Part shown: positions 51,436-62,465 of the stretch, in pieces | Layout: every line of letters starts with the position of its first letter | Numbering within the stretch: position 1 is the stretch's first letter | From: Marsupella aquatica | Lineage: Eukaryota; Plantae; Marchantiophyta | DNA length: 64,000 nucleotides | Direction: 5' to 3' | Assembly (NCBI GenBank): GCA_973895155.1 | Contig: OZ316896.1 | Coordinates: forward strand, 3,510,738-3,574,737 | Translations under genes and position numbers: made by a program | Notes under the pieces: model-generated | Told to the model about the DNA's origin: nothing | The model's input: the letters and a program-made list of their open reading frames with translations, nothing else | The model's database searches: none

Positions 51436-52422
51436 AAGTGCCTATTGGCAACACTGAATACAATGAATTTAATTTAATTGGATGTCATCGGTCCTAGCCT
51501 AGTGAGCACTCATTACTACTGTCCCAACTTTGACTATAATTAACTCATCAAGGTTTTCTTTCCAAAGAGTGTAAGACTTACTTTTTGTTTTGTCGCACAA
51601 GTCTTCAATGATGAATGGTTCTATCCCAAGGCAATGTCCCCGTAATAGATAGGTACCCAATGGACAAGTCATGGTTAGTGAGTTTTGCCATTATAAAGTA
51701 CCCGATGGACGAGTGATGGTTTAAGGTTTGCCATATTCTCTATTCAATCACACCTTGATCCAAGAGATTTTCAGATGAGATCTGATGACTATGATGAGTG
51801 GATTGTACGAGGTTACTATAAACGACTCAATACAAGTAGTGGCACAATTGTATTATTGGAAACACTGCAAAATGGAGTAACCTCTCAAAATCAGGTAACA
51901 CAAGCATCTTTGCCTTTATGATTGACAATCAAAATTACATTGAGGGTATCGGCACTTCTCATTGCTCAGAGATTTGGCACATTGCGAGAGAACATCCAGC
52001 TACGTTAGCACAAGTCATAATGCAATTGGATGAACGATTGAGTAAACTTTGTGATGCTGTAAAGACATTCTATGATAAGGCTTACTCTCAAGAAAATCTT
52101 CAACATGTTCCAGCCCGAAGTTCTGGTTCTGGCATTTATGAGTCACCGGCAACATCTTTGTATATCAACACCCGGTTTCATAAAGTCTATGGCAAAACAA
52201 ATACTGGGGTGCTCATTCCAGTTGAAGTTTATGATAGCATGGTAATGAAACACCAGCTTGATCCTAGATGCTATCAATTGTCTACCACAAAGGTAGGCAA
52301 TCGTCTTGTTCACCTCACACATCAAAAAAGGGTGAAAGTATATGCAAAATACTTACGGGCGGCCAATCGGGGCAAAGCTTATACTTGCATTTACCTTCAA
52401 CATCCACACGGGCATCCACATT

Positions 52423-54320
52423 CTAACAATCCTGAGATTGTGAAGGGCAATGTTGAGAGACCACCTCTTCAGCTGGAGTGGCAGTGTCCGTGTCATCATG
52501 AAGTGCGCTCAGTTGTTGTCTATTACAGTCTTCCAATTCTGCTTCATGAATAGTATCATTGTTTTTGCCAACATTGGCATCTAGGTGGTCAATGCCACCC
52601 ATGAGGCTACCAAACCTGGTCCCTAGTTGTTGAACCAAGACAGCACCTTCACAACCTCTAACTAGCAACGCCTTCAGCTGGTGCTTGCACATGTTTCCCT
52701 CGTCAGCCCATTTACAGCAGCATGAAGGAAAGTTGGAAAAAATATTATGAACAATATAGTCTTTCCCATTGGGTTTCAAACTACTAACAATGGCCTGGTT
52801 GGGCAATGTTGGATTTGGAAAACTAACTTCAGTTGGTGGTCTTTCATTAGGTGTTGTGCCAAGGTTGTGAAGACTATTGAGGACTATCTCCTCTTTCCTG
52901 TAGTTGATGAATCTCCCCCTAGTTTTGCACCATATTTGGTACCAAAAGAAAGGGAGCATGACATGGAATAGAGAATTGACAACCCTGTCTAGGCGCAAAG
53001 CTCCTATGGACCCAATATCCCTCTTTATCATCTTCTTCAATGTCAAATGCCAAGCCTCAATCGCACCATTTGTGTTTTGGTTGGCACGAGGCATGTCTCG
53101 GACAGCCCTCATCCACTCGCCTGTCATTCCACAGACACATAATAACATCCATTAGTGGTAAGCATGAGGAAACTGCAAAGAAGCCTACTTTAGTCATTTC
53201 AAGGGACAAATGAATATGACGTATGCAGAGCATTAACCTGTTCTGTGCATCCAAGTGTCTTCAAAAAAAGCCAAAAACCGTTGTTTCGTGTGATATTTAG
53301 CTTGGAAGAATCGCCACTTGACCTGCATGTCTTCCTCAGTAATGGCGTACATGAGATCCCCAAGATCATCATTCATAGCTTAGAGGAGCTTGGTTCTGTT
53401 TGGTACAGTCTTGATTAAGTTCTCCAATCTGGTTTGTCCGCTAGTGCTCTATCCTTAACTCCCTTTAAAAAAATGCCAATTTGATCTGCTGATTCAGACT
53501 GCTGGATGCACCATGCTATGGGTAATCCCCATCTGGTGTTTGTCGAAAGCAACAAGGGTGAAGAAAGGGAACTACAACAGGACCAAAGGTCAGAGGCAAA
53601 CTTTAACTCAAAGTTAGACAGAAAAAATGCAGGACTTCCACCACTGTACGGGCAGTAGGGCACAAAATGCAATGAAATTGACACAACGGAATAGGTTGAC
53701 AGAGCAGAATGTTAGTCATAAGAGGCAAAATCCAATCAGATAGACACAACATAACAGGTTGACGAGGCAAATTAAAGCTTAACCATAAGATGCTAAATGC
53801 AATCACATGGACACAACAAACAACTTAATGCAGTCACGTTGGCAAAACCTTAACCATAACACCTGATATAGACATAACAGAAGAGGGTAACAAAGCGCAA
53901 CTTGAACTACAAAACACAATATATATGAAATAGATAGGGATAACTAAAACATGCCAAATGCAATTGATTTACTTAAATTGCTTACCCCGTATTTATTAGT
54001 TGCAAATGTGCTATCCAAAGTCAACACTGATCCATGAGACAGGTTTGTCATTTGTGCTCTTTGCCAAGGTGACTGCAATGAAAGCATGAACTCTTGCTTT
54101 GGAGGGCCCTCCATGTACTCTCGAGAGAGTAGCACTCGCTCAGGATATAGCCCTATCCATTTGCACATTGATGCTTGGTCATTGTCTGCCCATAACCAGG
54201 TTTCCTTGTCAATTTTCCTTTTGAGGTTTTGGAGGTCTTGTTTAGAAACCAGGTCATCTCTTCCATCGAAAGTCAAAGTGATGTCTGGCCGGGTCAGTGA
54301 TATTGTGCCCTCGATCATGG
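52423..54320 (-). pseudogene. MULE (Mutator) DDE transposase with SWIM zinc finger, decayed
   Basis: LQSPWQ...VLTLDSTFATNKYG (first D), GLPIAW, NTNGAIEAWHLTLK (E) and SWIM CCCKWADEGNMCKH; GT-AG introns; frameshift and an apparent deletion around the second D. Confidence 0.85.
54183..54320. repeat. 138-bp direct repeat, copy A (copy B at 62328-62465), flanking cassette 2
   Basis: TGTCTGCCCATAACC...GATCATGG is near-identical at both sites (2 substitutions seen). Confidence 0.95.
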
Positions 54321-57300
54321 TAAAACCAACCGGTAGTCGGGAATTCCCAGTAAAATGGAGTTCAGGACAATGATCTTCCTTCAAAGATTGTAGCCCAATA
54401 AGGTTTGAGATTGAAGGATCTTCAGCGCTAGATAACGGCTTGAATCTTGGATCCTTTGGGACCTTTCCTTTAAAAGAAACCCGACAAACTATATCCAGTC
54501 TAGAGTGAAGACCTGCAAAAGTTGACAAACCAACTGGATTTTAGAAATCTGTTATTCATGAGAGAAGACCTACTAAGAAAGAAAGTGTAGCGCCGGGCGC
54601 TAGTATAGCTCTACTCAGAGAGAACATTTACCTGGACATCTGTCTTGGATCTGTACATTGGGACAGACATGAAAACATTGTGCGTATTGATGCACATGAA
54701 CTTCTTGGATTACTGACATGCAGAAATGACCTGGGAAATCTGATCGTGGTCATCCGAGTATAAGATAGCGAGCATGCCGTCATCGGAAAGGAAAGGGTCC
54801 ATCGCCAGAAAGAATGATTCGGCTGCTGTGTGATCTGTGACATTCCATTTCGGGACCCGACGGTCAACAATTGTGGGTTTCAAACCAGTTCCAAGGGAGA
54901 TAGATGAAACCCGCATTCACCCCAAATGATCGTTCCTTCCCACCTCAAATGATTCCTTTATCTCTACACCCGGATTTGATCAAATCCTTACCCCACTTCT
55001 CAGTGTCTGAGACCCAATCTGGCTTCTCTTCCTTACTAAATGCACTATCAATGAATTCTGCCAAGCTTGATTCGACCATACAGTGTCTTCCGAGTTTAGT
55101 CTTGAAAGTCCCCACATCCCATTGGATACCGGCCCCAGAAGCATTATCTCGCGACGATTCCCAGACATCGATGGTCCTTTTATTCTTCTTCTTCTTTGTG
55201 CTTGTAGCATCCATAGGAACTATAACCTTCCCCTTCTCAACGGGGGTGATGGGGTCTGGATTGGCACCAGTGTTGGCCTCAGGGACTTCTGGTGTTGCAT
55301 CGACTTTTGTGTCATCCGTGGTGGCATCAGATTTTCGACCACCTACCAAAAAATGGTGTCAATCACAGAAATAGTGTTAGCGCCAGGCGCTGACTAAACA
55401 CCCACATTAATTTTGGGAAATAAGACACATTAAACTTACAACACATGATAGCGCCAGGCGCTAACAAAGGAGGAAGTCGGAAGAAGGAGGTGTAGCTTAC
55501 GTTTTTTCCCAGACTTGGCACTAGCACTTGCCACAGGGGAATCCGCCTTGGCTTTGGCTCTTGGATTTTGGCTTCGATCAACATGAACCACTGTGGTTTC
55601 GCATTTTTTTGCAACTCAGTCATCAACGAGTTGACATCCCTCTCAATTCCTTGCTTCATGTCGGAGACAAATTGTCTCGGAACTTGGGATTTAGACAGTT
55701 TATGGAAAGCATCCTTCTCAGTGTCGTCAAAAGGAGAATCCCATCTATCGGTGTCAAGGTACCAAGGGCAGTGAATTCTCTCCCACTCGGAAAATTTCCT
55801 CGGTGGAAGTATACCCTCAGCGGGATACATCGAATACAGTTCGGCCAAAATGTCTCCATCTGCGCAGATGACCCAATTCTGGAAAGTAGCTGGGTAAGCC
55901 CAAAAATAGTCAGGCTTCACAATCTCCATGTGCATGAAGAAACGATAGACATATCGTTTCGCGTGCTTTTGATTCTTGAGTGTGTAGTCTTCCTTGTCCG
56001 GGTACTTGGACATCCACATCGTATTGAAAAACTTACCTTTCACTGCATCCCCAATTTTTTTGAAATCATTGCACACTATTTCAACGAGTGAATCATAAGA
56101 CTCACACTTCCATTCCTCCAATCGATTGGAAGGAATTATTTCACTGATTTGCTGGAGGGCAGTCTGCAGCATACCAATGGCAATTCCCTCCACGCTATTC
56201 CAAGTTTGCCAAGTGTGGCACCACTGCTTCACAGGGTCATCGCTAACGCTTTGCGGATGAAAGAACTGCTTCCTGAGCTCTGGCGTGCAATGCGCTACTA
56301 ACAAAGTGCTCCTCAATTTGGGGTCGAGGGCGGAGACTGTTGTAAATAACCTGGCATGATCCATGGTACAGACAACCGCATCCGGTTTCTTCTCGTGTTT
56401 GTTCACCTCTATCATCGGATACATCTCAGCATAGGTTGTCATGAAGTCTTCAAACTCAGGACTCAACAAGGGAGTGATCTTTGAGACCTTGATCGCCCAA
56501 TCCTTCGTTGCTTCTTTCATCATGACCGCATGTCGTTTGGATGTCTCTTCTTGAGACCAAGGATTTCCCTGAGCGGTAGCCGACTCCATGTCCATCTTGA
56601 ATTGTCGAGAATAGGATTTAATCTTATTCTCGCATAAGATATACATAAGTGCTTCTTGAGGCATTTTCTTGGAATACCATGATCGTTTTCGAGTCTTCTG
56701 CATCACCTGCCTAAACTTCTTGAAGTTTGCCCCATCGATGATTGATTTGTAGTATTCTAGATCGTTGGACAAAATCCTCTTAATTCGGTCTGCATCAAGT
56801 ATCCAGGAAGGTTCCACCACGGCCTATCCAAGTCTACAGAAGAATTTGTCAGTCAATAGCGCCAGGTGCTAGTAAAAACTACACTATAAAAGATAAGGAT
56901 AGGTGAAATTCAAAGAGAGACTTACTGGTTCATAGTATGCATAGTCGCCTCAATTTCAATCAAAGATCCCTTTTCACCCTTGAAGATAGTACATTGCACA
57001 CGCGGGTGATACTTGCTATCTTCCGGATTTTCTTTCGTAACGATCGACCATGCGTAAAGTCGATGGTTACCGTCAAAAACCCTAAAACATCTTATCTTGT
57101 AACACCATGAAGTCTGGATCGGCCGCACATTCAGCTTCAAACTTCTCGTTCTTGGCCACCCACACAGGGTCCCAGGTCGCTCAAATTTCTGGAGTACACG
57201 TCTGGACATTCCCATTCGAATCTGCCGGCTGGACATAGAACAACATTCCGATTTTTGAGTTGTATCCTGTGCTACAAAAAGAGTCCTTCAACTTTTCAAT

Positions 57301-57575
57301 TGAAGGACTTCCCTTCTGTAAGGTGCGGACAACTTCCATGTGAACCAAGCGGCACATTGGAATCCTTGGGGGGTCTTTGTTGTGCCCTCAAAAATCCTTG
57401 CCAAACACCATAACGTGCTTGGAGATAACGTTGGACATCGTCAATGACAGTTCTCCTCGATTTTCCACAGCGTATGTGTCAAGATCGTCCATCTTTGCTC
57501 TCCTGCTCTTCGGAAATGTGACTACCGCGACTGTTTCAAGATCTTGGGATGCTGTAGACCGTGTCACACGACGAC
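54321..57575 (-). pseudogene. Second ParB-like gene with a degenerate MTase-like region, truncated at 54321
   Basis: RIPMCRLVHMEVVR...IEKLKDSFCSTGY...FYV...W...FRVFDGNHRLYAW (ParB-N, frameshifted); 485-aa helical exon; IVDRRVPKWN...AMDPFLSDDGMLAILY resembles the motif IV-VI region of beta-MTases; introns at ~56832-56925, 55343-55500 and ~54512-54630. Confidence 0.65.
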
Positions 57576-58626
57576 TGTAAACAGATCCAGAAAACGAGCA
57601 CTCGGATGTCTAGGAATGGATCTGCTCTCTCTTCCTGTTAGCACTATACCCATGCGAGGTGGTGGGGAGAGGGTCCATGTTTCGCACACACGAAGTGCTT
57701 CACGATCGTGATGAGTACCTCATTTGTACCGTACTTCTTCTAGAGAATTCTTGCACGAAGAACCTCCAAAACGGAGCCTAAATACAGCGGACAAGGGAGG
57801 TGGGGAGAGTATCATCTCTAAACTATCCACTCGCTACATTGATATCTATTTACGACATTCTCCTGAGTGCCACTTGTCAATTTTGGATTAGTGGTTTAGA
57901 ATACCGTTGGCATATCTTCAACGTTACGTGACCTAACGTTACTGTTGAATATGACCGTTAAAGAAGAGTTTGGTTATTTTAATCTATATTCCTAGGTCAA
58001 ATCTGATATTGGTCAATGGTAGCGTCTGGCGCTACCCAAATCGATCAATATTTAAACCCTAAATTTTCCCTAAGTTAGGCCAACATTGACCTTTAAGTAT
58101 AAAATAAAAAACAAAATGAATACAATTTTTGAATATTTTGCCTTAAATGAATGTCATGATTACCGTTTCAGATTAGCGCCCGACGCTAATATTAAATAGA
58201 TAATATTTGGAAAATAGCTACAAACATTAGGATTTATTCTGAAACCCCGGATAAAATATTCCAGTTTTATACCACAATTTAGGGTGTGGGTTTGAGTAGC
58301 GCCTGGCGCTAAACATATATTGAACCATTTTGGGTCCATGTTGGAGTGAGGATGTTTGAGTAGCGCTCGACGCTACTCAATTAAGATGATTTAATAAACA
58401 TGATTATGGTCTTCGTAAACGGACATCTTTAGGCTCATTAGTGTAAATGTCGTTGACATAACGACAAAAAACATTTATTGTGTCAGATGTGCTTTCGACC
58501 GGTAGTGATTCTGCCGTATTCTAACGGCTCTGACAAACGGATTATTGACTATGAATACCATTGTGTGCATTCGAAGACGTCATTCATTATTGTGAACTGA
58601 GTGTTTTTGGGTTGGATGATCTTACA

Positions 58627-61600
58627 ATGTCGAGGTCAATCGTTCTAACGCGTCCGTCTACGGGTGACCTTGTATCCATTCCATTGTCGGCCAATGACGT
58701 ATACAAGCAAGTTAGTGAGAATTATCTCTGTGGGCGCTTTGGTTTGGATTTGAATGACATTGAGGACATTTTGGAGGAGGGAAACGGAGATGAAGCCTCT
58801 AATTTCACTGCTTCTTTTGATGTTGATGATGGGATTCGTTTTTGGCACCTGAATGCAGGAATTCGGTATTCTATTGTCATTTGAAAACCAGTCGCATCCG
58901 ATCTCCCATCTTCATCCAAACCCTTTGTTGATGTTGTCTTGCTTTCAGATAGAGACAATGATGGACCTTCTGGTTTGCCTGAGTCTAGTGCTAAACCCCC
59001 TCACACAGTTGTTAAACAGGAGGTTACCCCTGTTAAACAGGAGGTTAGAGCAGTTTTTACCAAAAATTCCATTGTGTATCGGAGAAGTGCAATGGATACC
59101 ATTCTTAAGTCAACTGGTTCCAGTGAAATCTCGAGGTTCATCGCGGCTGGGGACTTCTGCCATGAACAAGTCGGTTGTTTGCCAAAGAAATACAATGGAA
59201 ATATTGTATTCGAGTTGCCTCCTGCGGGAGCTCTTTCAAAGGGGTCACGTCTACGCGACATGGACCGGTCGAAGGATTGCTACATCTGGACCAGAATATT
59301 TCCTACATCAGCTAATGTTCATCCCAAGAAATATTGGGAATTTGGTAAAGTAACGTGCACTGGTTCCATTGAGTGTAGGAATAATACTTGCGACTATTTT
59401 TGACAGAAGAAAATGAGGAACCAGAAGGCCTGGGGTGGAACCCCCAAACTTGGCGGGCAACATCGTGTTGGCTCCTTCATTGATGAAGATGGAGTTGTTT
59501 GCCAATTTTGTGATCAAGTTCCGTTTTGTGTCCAATCTTGTCCAGCAAGGTTATTTTACATGTACCCCCAGGTTCTAGTTGACTCAGAAACCTGTACTCA
59601 CATGTCCCGCTTGGCAATTCATATGGGGATGCACAACCATCCTTCAAGAAAGGTGTTTTCTCAGAGCGCAGAGAAGATTGTTGAGGAGGTTATCAAAAAG
59701 AAATTGGAAGGAAATCCAATTTTCACTCCTGCTGGTGTAAAAAATGTGGCGACAGGGTCTTTTGTAAAGTCCTTGTGTGAAAGTGTGGAAGATATTCAAG
59801 ATATTGAAGAAACCGAGATATTTGAGTCGCTCATGGTAGTTTCCACATCCCAGAAGTTTGCGTCCCTCTTTCGTAGTGTTAGACAGGACCAGAAAGGTCG
59901 AGGTGAACTAGATTTTATTGTTCGGTATCAAAGAAATATCAACATGAAGAAAAAGGTTGGCCTCTTTGAGGCATGTGAAATGGACCAAAATCGAGCTATT
60001 TCTCAGGTTGCTGCTTACACTGCGTATCGGAAAGGGTTGGATAGAGGAAAAGGTCCTCGGGGGGGTCACTTCCACGGAAGTGACACATCACGTGCGACGA
60101 AGTATAGGCCCATTTAAATGGGTGTGGCGGAAGACTTCCAAAGTTTGGTGGAAGAACACATAGGGCATGTTTTATTGATTGGTCGACTTTAAAGAACACA
60201 TAGGCCTATTTAATTGCAAAAAATACTTTCTATAAAGTTTTTAGGGGTTTTTTAATAAAAAATGACAAAATTTTAAGAAAGAAAGGGCTTTGCAAAAAAA
60301 TATTTTTCACTTTAAAGTTAGGGGGGTCAAACCCTAAAACGTCGCACGCGATGTATGACCCTCCATATAGTGACCCCCCCGAGAAAAGGTCCAACAATTT
60401 GGGAACTTGCTTTCCAATCAGCAGACCAGGCAGGCTCCCCCAAGTTGTATGAAGATGCAATGAATATGCTACTGTCCAACGCTGCCAAGTTTGAGTTGGA
60501 GAGACGTGCACCTCTCAATGGAGACGTTGTCACCAAATCTTTGAAGAGGAAAGGACATGCTTCTGGGAATATCTCGCCACAAGACTCCCGTAGGCATGAT
60601 AAAATCCTTGTCACCTCGCCCAATACTAGATTGATGAAAAGGAAGAATCTTAATCGCACGACGTTTGATGCTATCCCTAGCCCCACGCCTCAAGTTAATC
60701 CTGTTGTTAATCTGTCTGGAAGTGACATTTCGGGCGGTGGAGAAGATGTCGATTTCAATACCCCTCCTGCTCAAGACCGAACGCATTCAACGAGGCTTCC
60801 CCAGACTGCTCCCTCCGTGCTTCAGCAACCGTTACAAGAGTGTCCTGTCCGTGAGACCGAGGTTGCTCCAGCTGCATGGCAATTACGTCGAACTTCAAAA
60901 TTTGGCGCTGTTTCTCAATGCAACGGATCATTTTCCCGTAATTCTGAAAGAGATGAGTGTCACAATCGCGTGAAAAAAGTTGGATTTCCCTCACCACATG
61001 GTGTTATCGGCGTTGTTGTCAAAGGACAACGCATTTTCAGGGGGGAACCCATAACCAAAATGATTTGGTTTTGCCCAAACAATACATGTTACAGAAGCCG
61101 CCCTCGTCAAGGTGTATTGAACCTGCCCCCTTTCCCGGATGTTCTTCCCGTTTTGAAAGGGACAAATGTTTCGGAAGACGAGCTGCAATATCTTCTTGAC
61201 AACGGAATCTCCCTAGTGCGCGGAAATGAACGTACAACTACACCCCCGTCATATTTTGATCTTCGAATCAATGTCAATATCTTTCCAGAACATGTGAATC
61301 TTGTCGAACCCAATGTTCGTCTCCGAAGCCGGAATGGGAGGAATACGGTTCCTTGGTCAAATCTTACCCAGGGTCACATGAACAGAATTGTGTCTGCAAA
61401 AAAAGAGACGATGTCCATTCAGGGAGAGTGGGATGTTGCGATTGGGAATGCATGGGGAAAGCAGTTTAAGGTGCAAACGCACGAAAATATGCGGACGCCA
61501 AATTGTTACTTTGTTCAAATTTGCATTTTCCCCACTTGCTCGTGTGAGGATTTCTACCAGTGACATTCTCGGAAACATCCATATATGCCTTGCAAACATT

Positions 61601-61725
61601 TGTATTGGATTTTCCTTACCATTTTCAAACTAGACGTTGAGGAATCTACATTGACCAGCCAACCAATTCTCACTGTTGGAGAGGTTCGGCTCATATTAGA
61701 GAGGCAAAATGCTCATGGTTTATAG
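58627..61725 (+). pseudogene. Transposon-type gene with GCM/WRKY-like zinc finger and C-terminal SWIM finger, split by a MITE
   Basis: CTGSIECRNNTC...CQFC...CPARL...HMGMHNHP (GCM-like); YRKG...GKGP|TIWEL is rejoined by removing the MITE; YFVQICIFPTCSCEDF...CKHLYWIF (SWIM); several in-frame TGA stops. Confidence 0.65.
60056..60383. mobile_element. MITE, same family as 44042-44337 (opposite orientation)
   Basis: TIR CTCGGGGGGGTCACT/AGTGACCCCCCCGAG; perfect 8-bp TSD AAAAGGTC (60048-60055 / 60384-60391); subterminal ATCACGTGCGACGAAG shared with the first copy. Confidence 0.95.
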
Positions 61726-62327
61726 CATGAATCATGATGATGTAGGTTGTATTATCGGTCCAAACGGTTATATTGATTTTGTCGTATGTCAATGGAAAAG
61801 TGTTATTTATGTCGCATCATGTTTTGTTAGCGCCAGGCGCTGATAATTTTGTCGTTTAGGCTACACCGTTAAATATCATCGTGTTGTGCTTGATGTTCTC
61901 AACGCCAACTATTTGTTTCCTTAAATACCGATAAGATAGCGCCAGGCGCTAGTCAAGACGTTGTTCGCTTTTATTTTGGACCATATAATACCATAAAGTT
62001 TTGGGATGCATTCATTTTGTATTAATTTTATATATTTTGTTGCCGATTGTGGTGGGACCTACCATTTTTGTGCGCATTCCTTGACATTTTTATGTATGCT
62101 CCCCCTTGTTTGTGTTGGGATATGAGGTTCAATTATTATGTGGTTTAGCGATTCATGACATGGTATCCTCCCTCACCGCAATGGACTAACTCCAACTTAA
62201 ACAATTCTAAACTCCTGATTGTGTGTTCTTTCCCCTGGTACAAGATGTTTTTTCCTGGTAACAGCATAAGGCAAACAGGAAAAGTATTTGTTGTTTGCCT
62301 GTTTGCTGTCTCGGTCGCTATACCCAA

Positions 62328-62465
62328 TGTCTGCCCATAACCAGGTTTCCTTGTCAATTTTCCTTTTGAGGTTTTGGAGGTCTTGTTTAGAAACCAGGTC
62401 ATCTCTTCCATCGAAAGTCAAAGTGATGTCCGGCCGGGTCAGTGATATTGTGCCCTTGATCATGG
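62328..62465. repeat. 138-bp direct repeat, copy B (MULE transposase segment)
   Basis: Matches 54183-54320; both translate to MIxGTISLTRPDITLTFDGRDDLVSKQDLQNLKRKIDKETWLWAD. Confidence 0.95.

Larger units (their letters stand above)
29850..52450 (+). pseudogene. Multi-exon accessory gene of unknown function in the outer Mutator-like element, split by nested insertions
   Basis: Exon fragments joined by GT-AG sites, e.g. ...EELQAK|gt 30776 ... ag 43972|AMLPQDV[solo LTR]EEWSSNDG in frame; acidic exon at 45540-46070; further exons at ~46170, ~46620 and 51780-52450; introns share the GGTTAATGTTTTG motif; the ends are approximate. Confidence 0.5.
54588..61951. repeat. Dispersed 15-bp palindrome TAGCGCCnGGCGCTA, 10 copies
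   Basis: Copies at 54588, 55378, 55449, 56857, 58020, 58174, 58297, 58361, 61828 and 61937. Confidence 0.9.
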
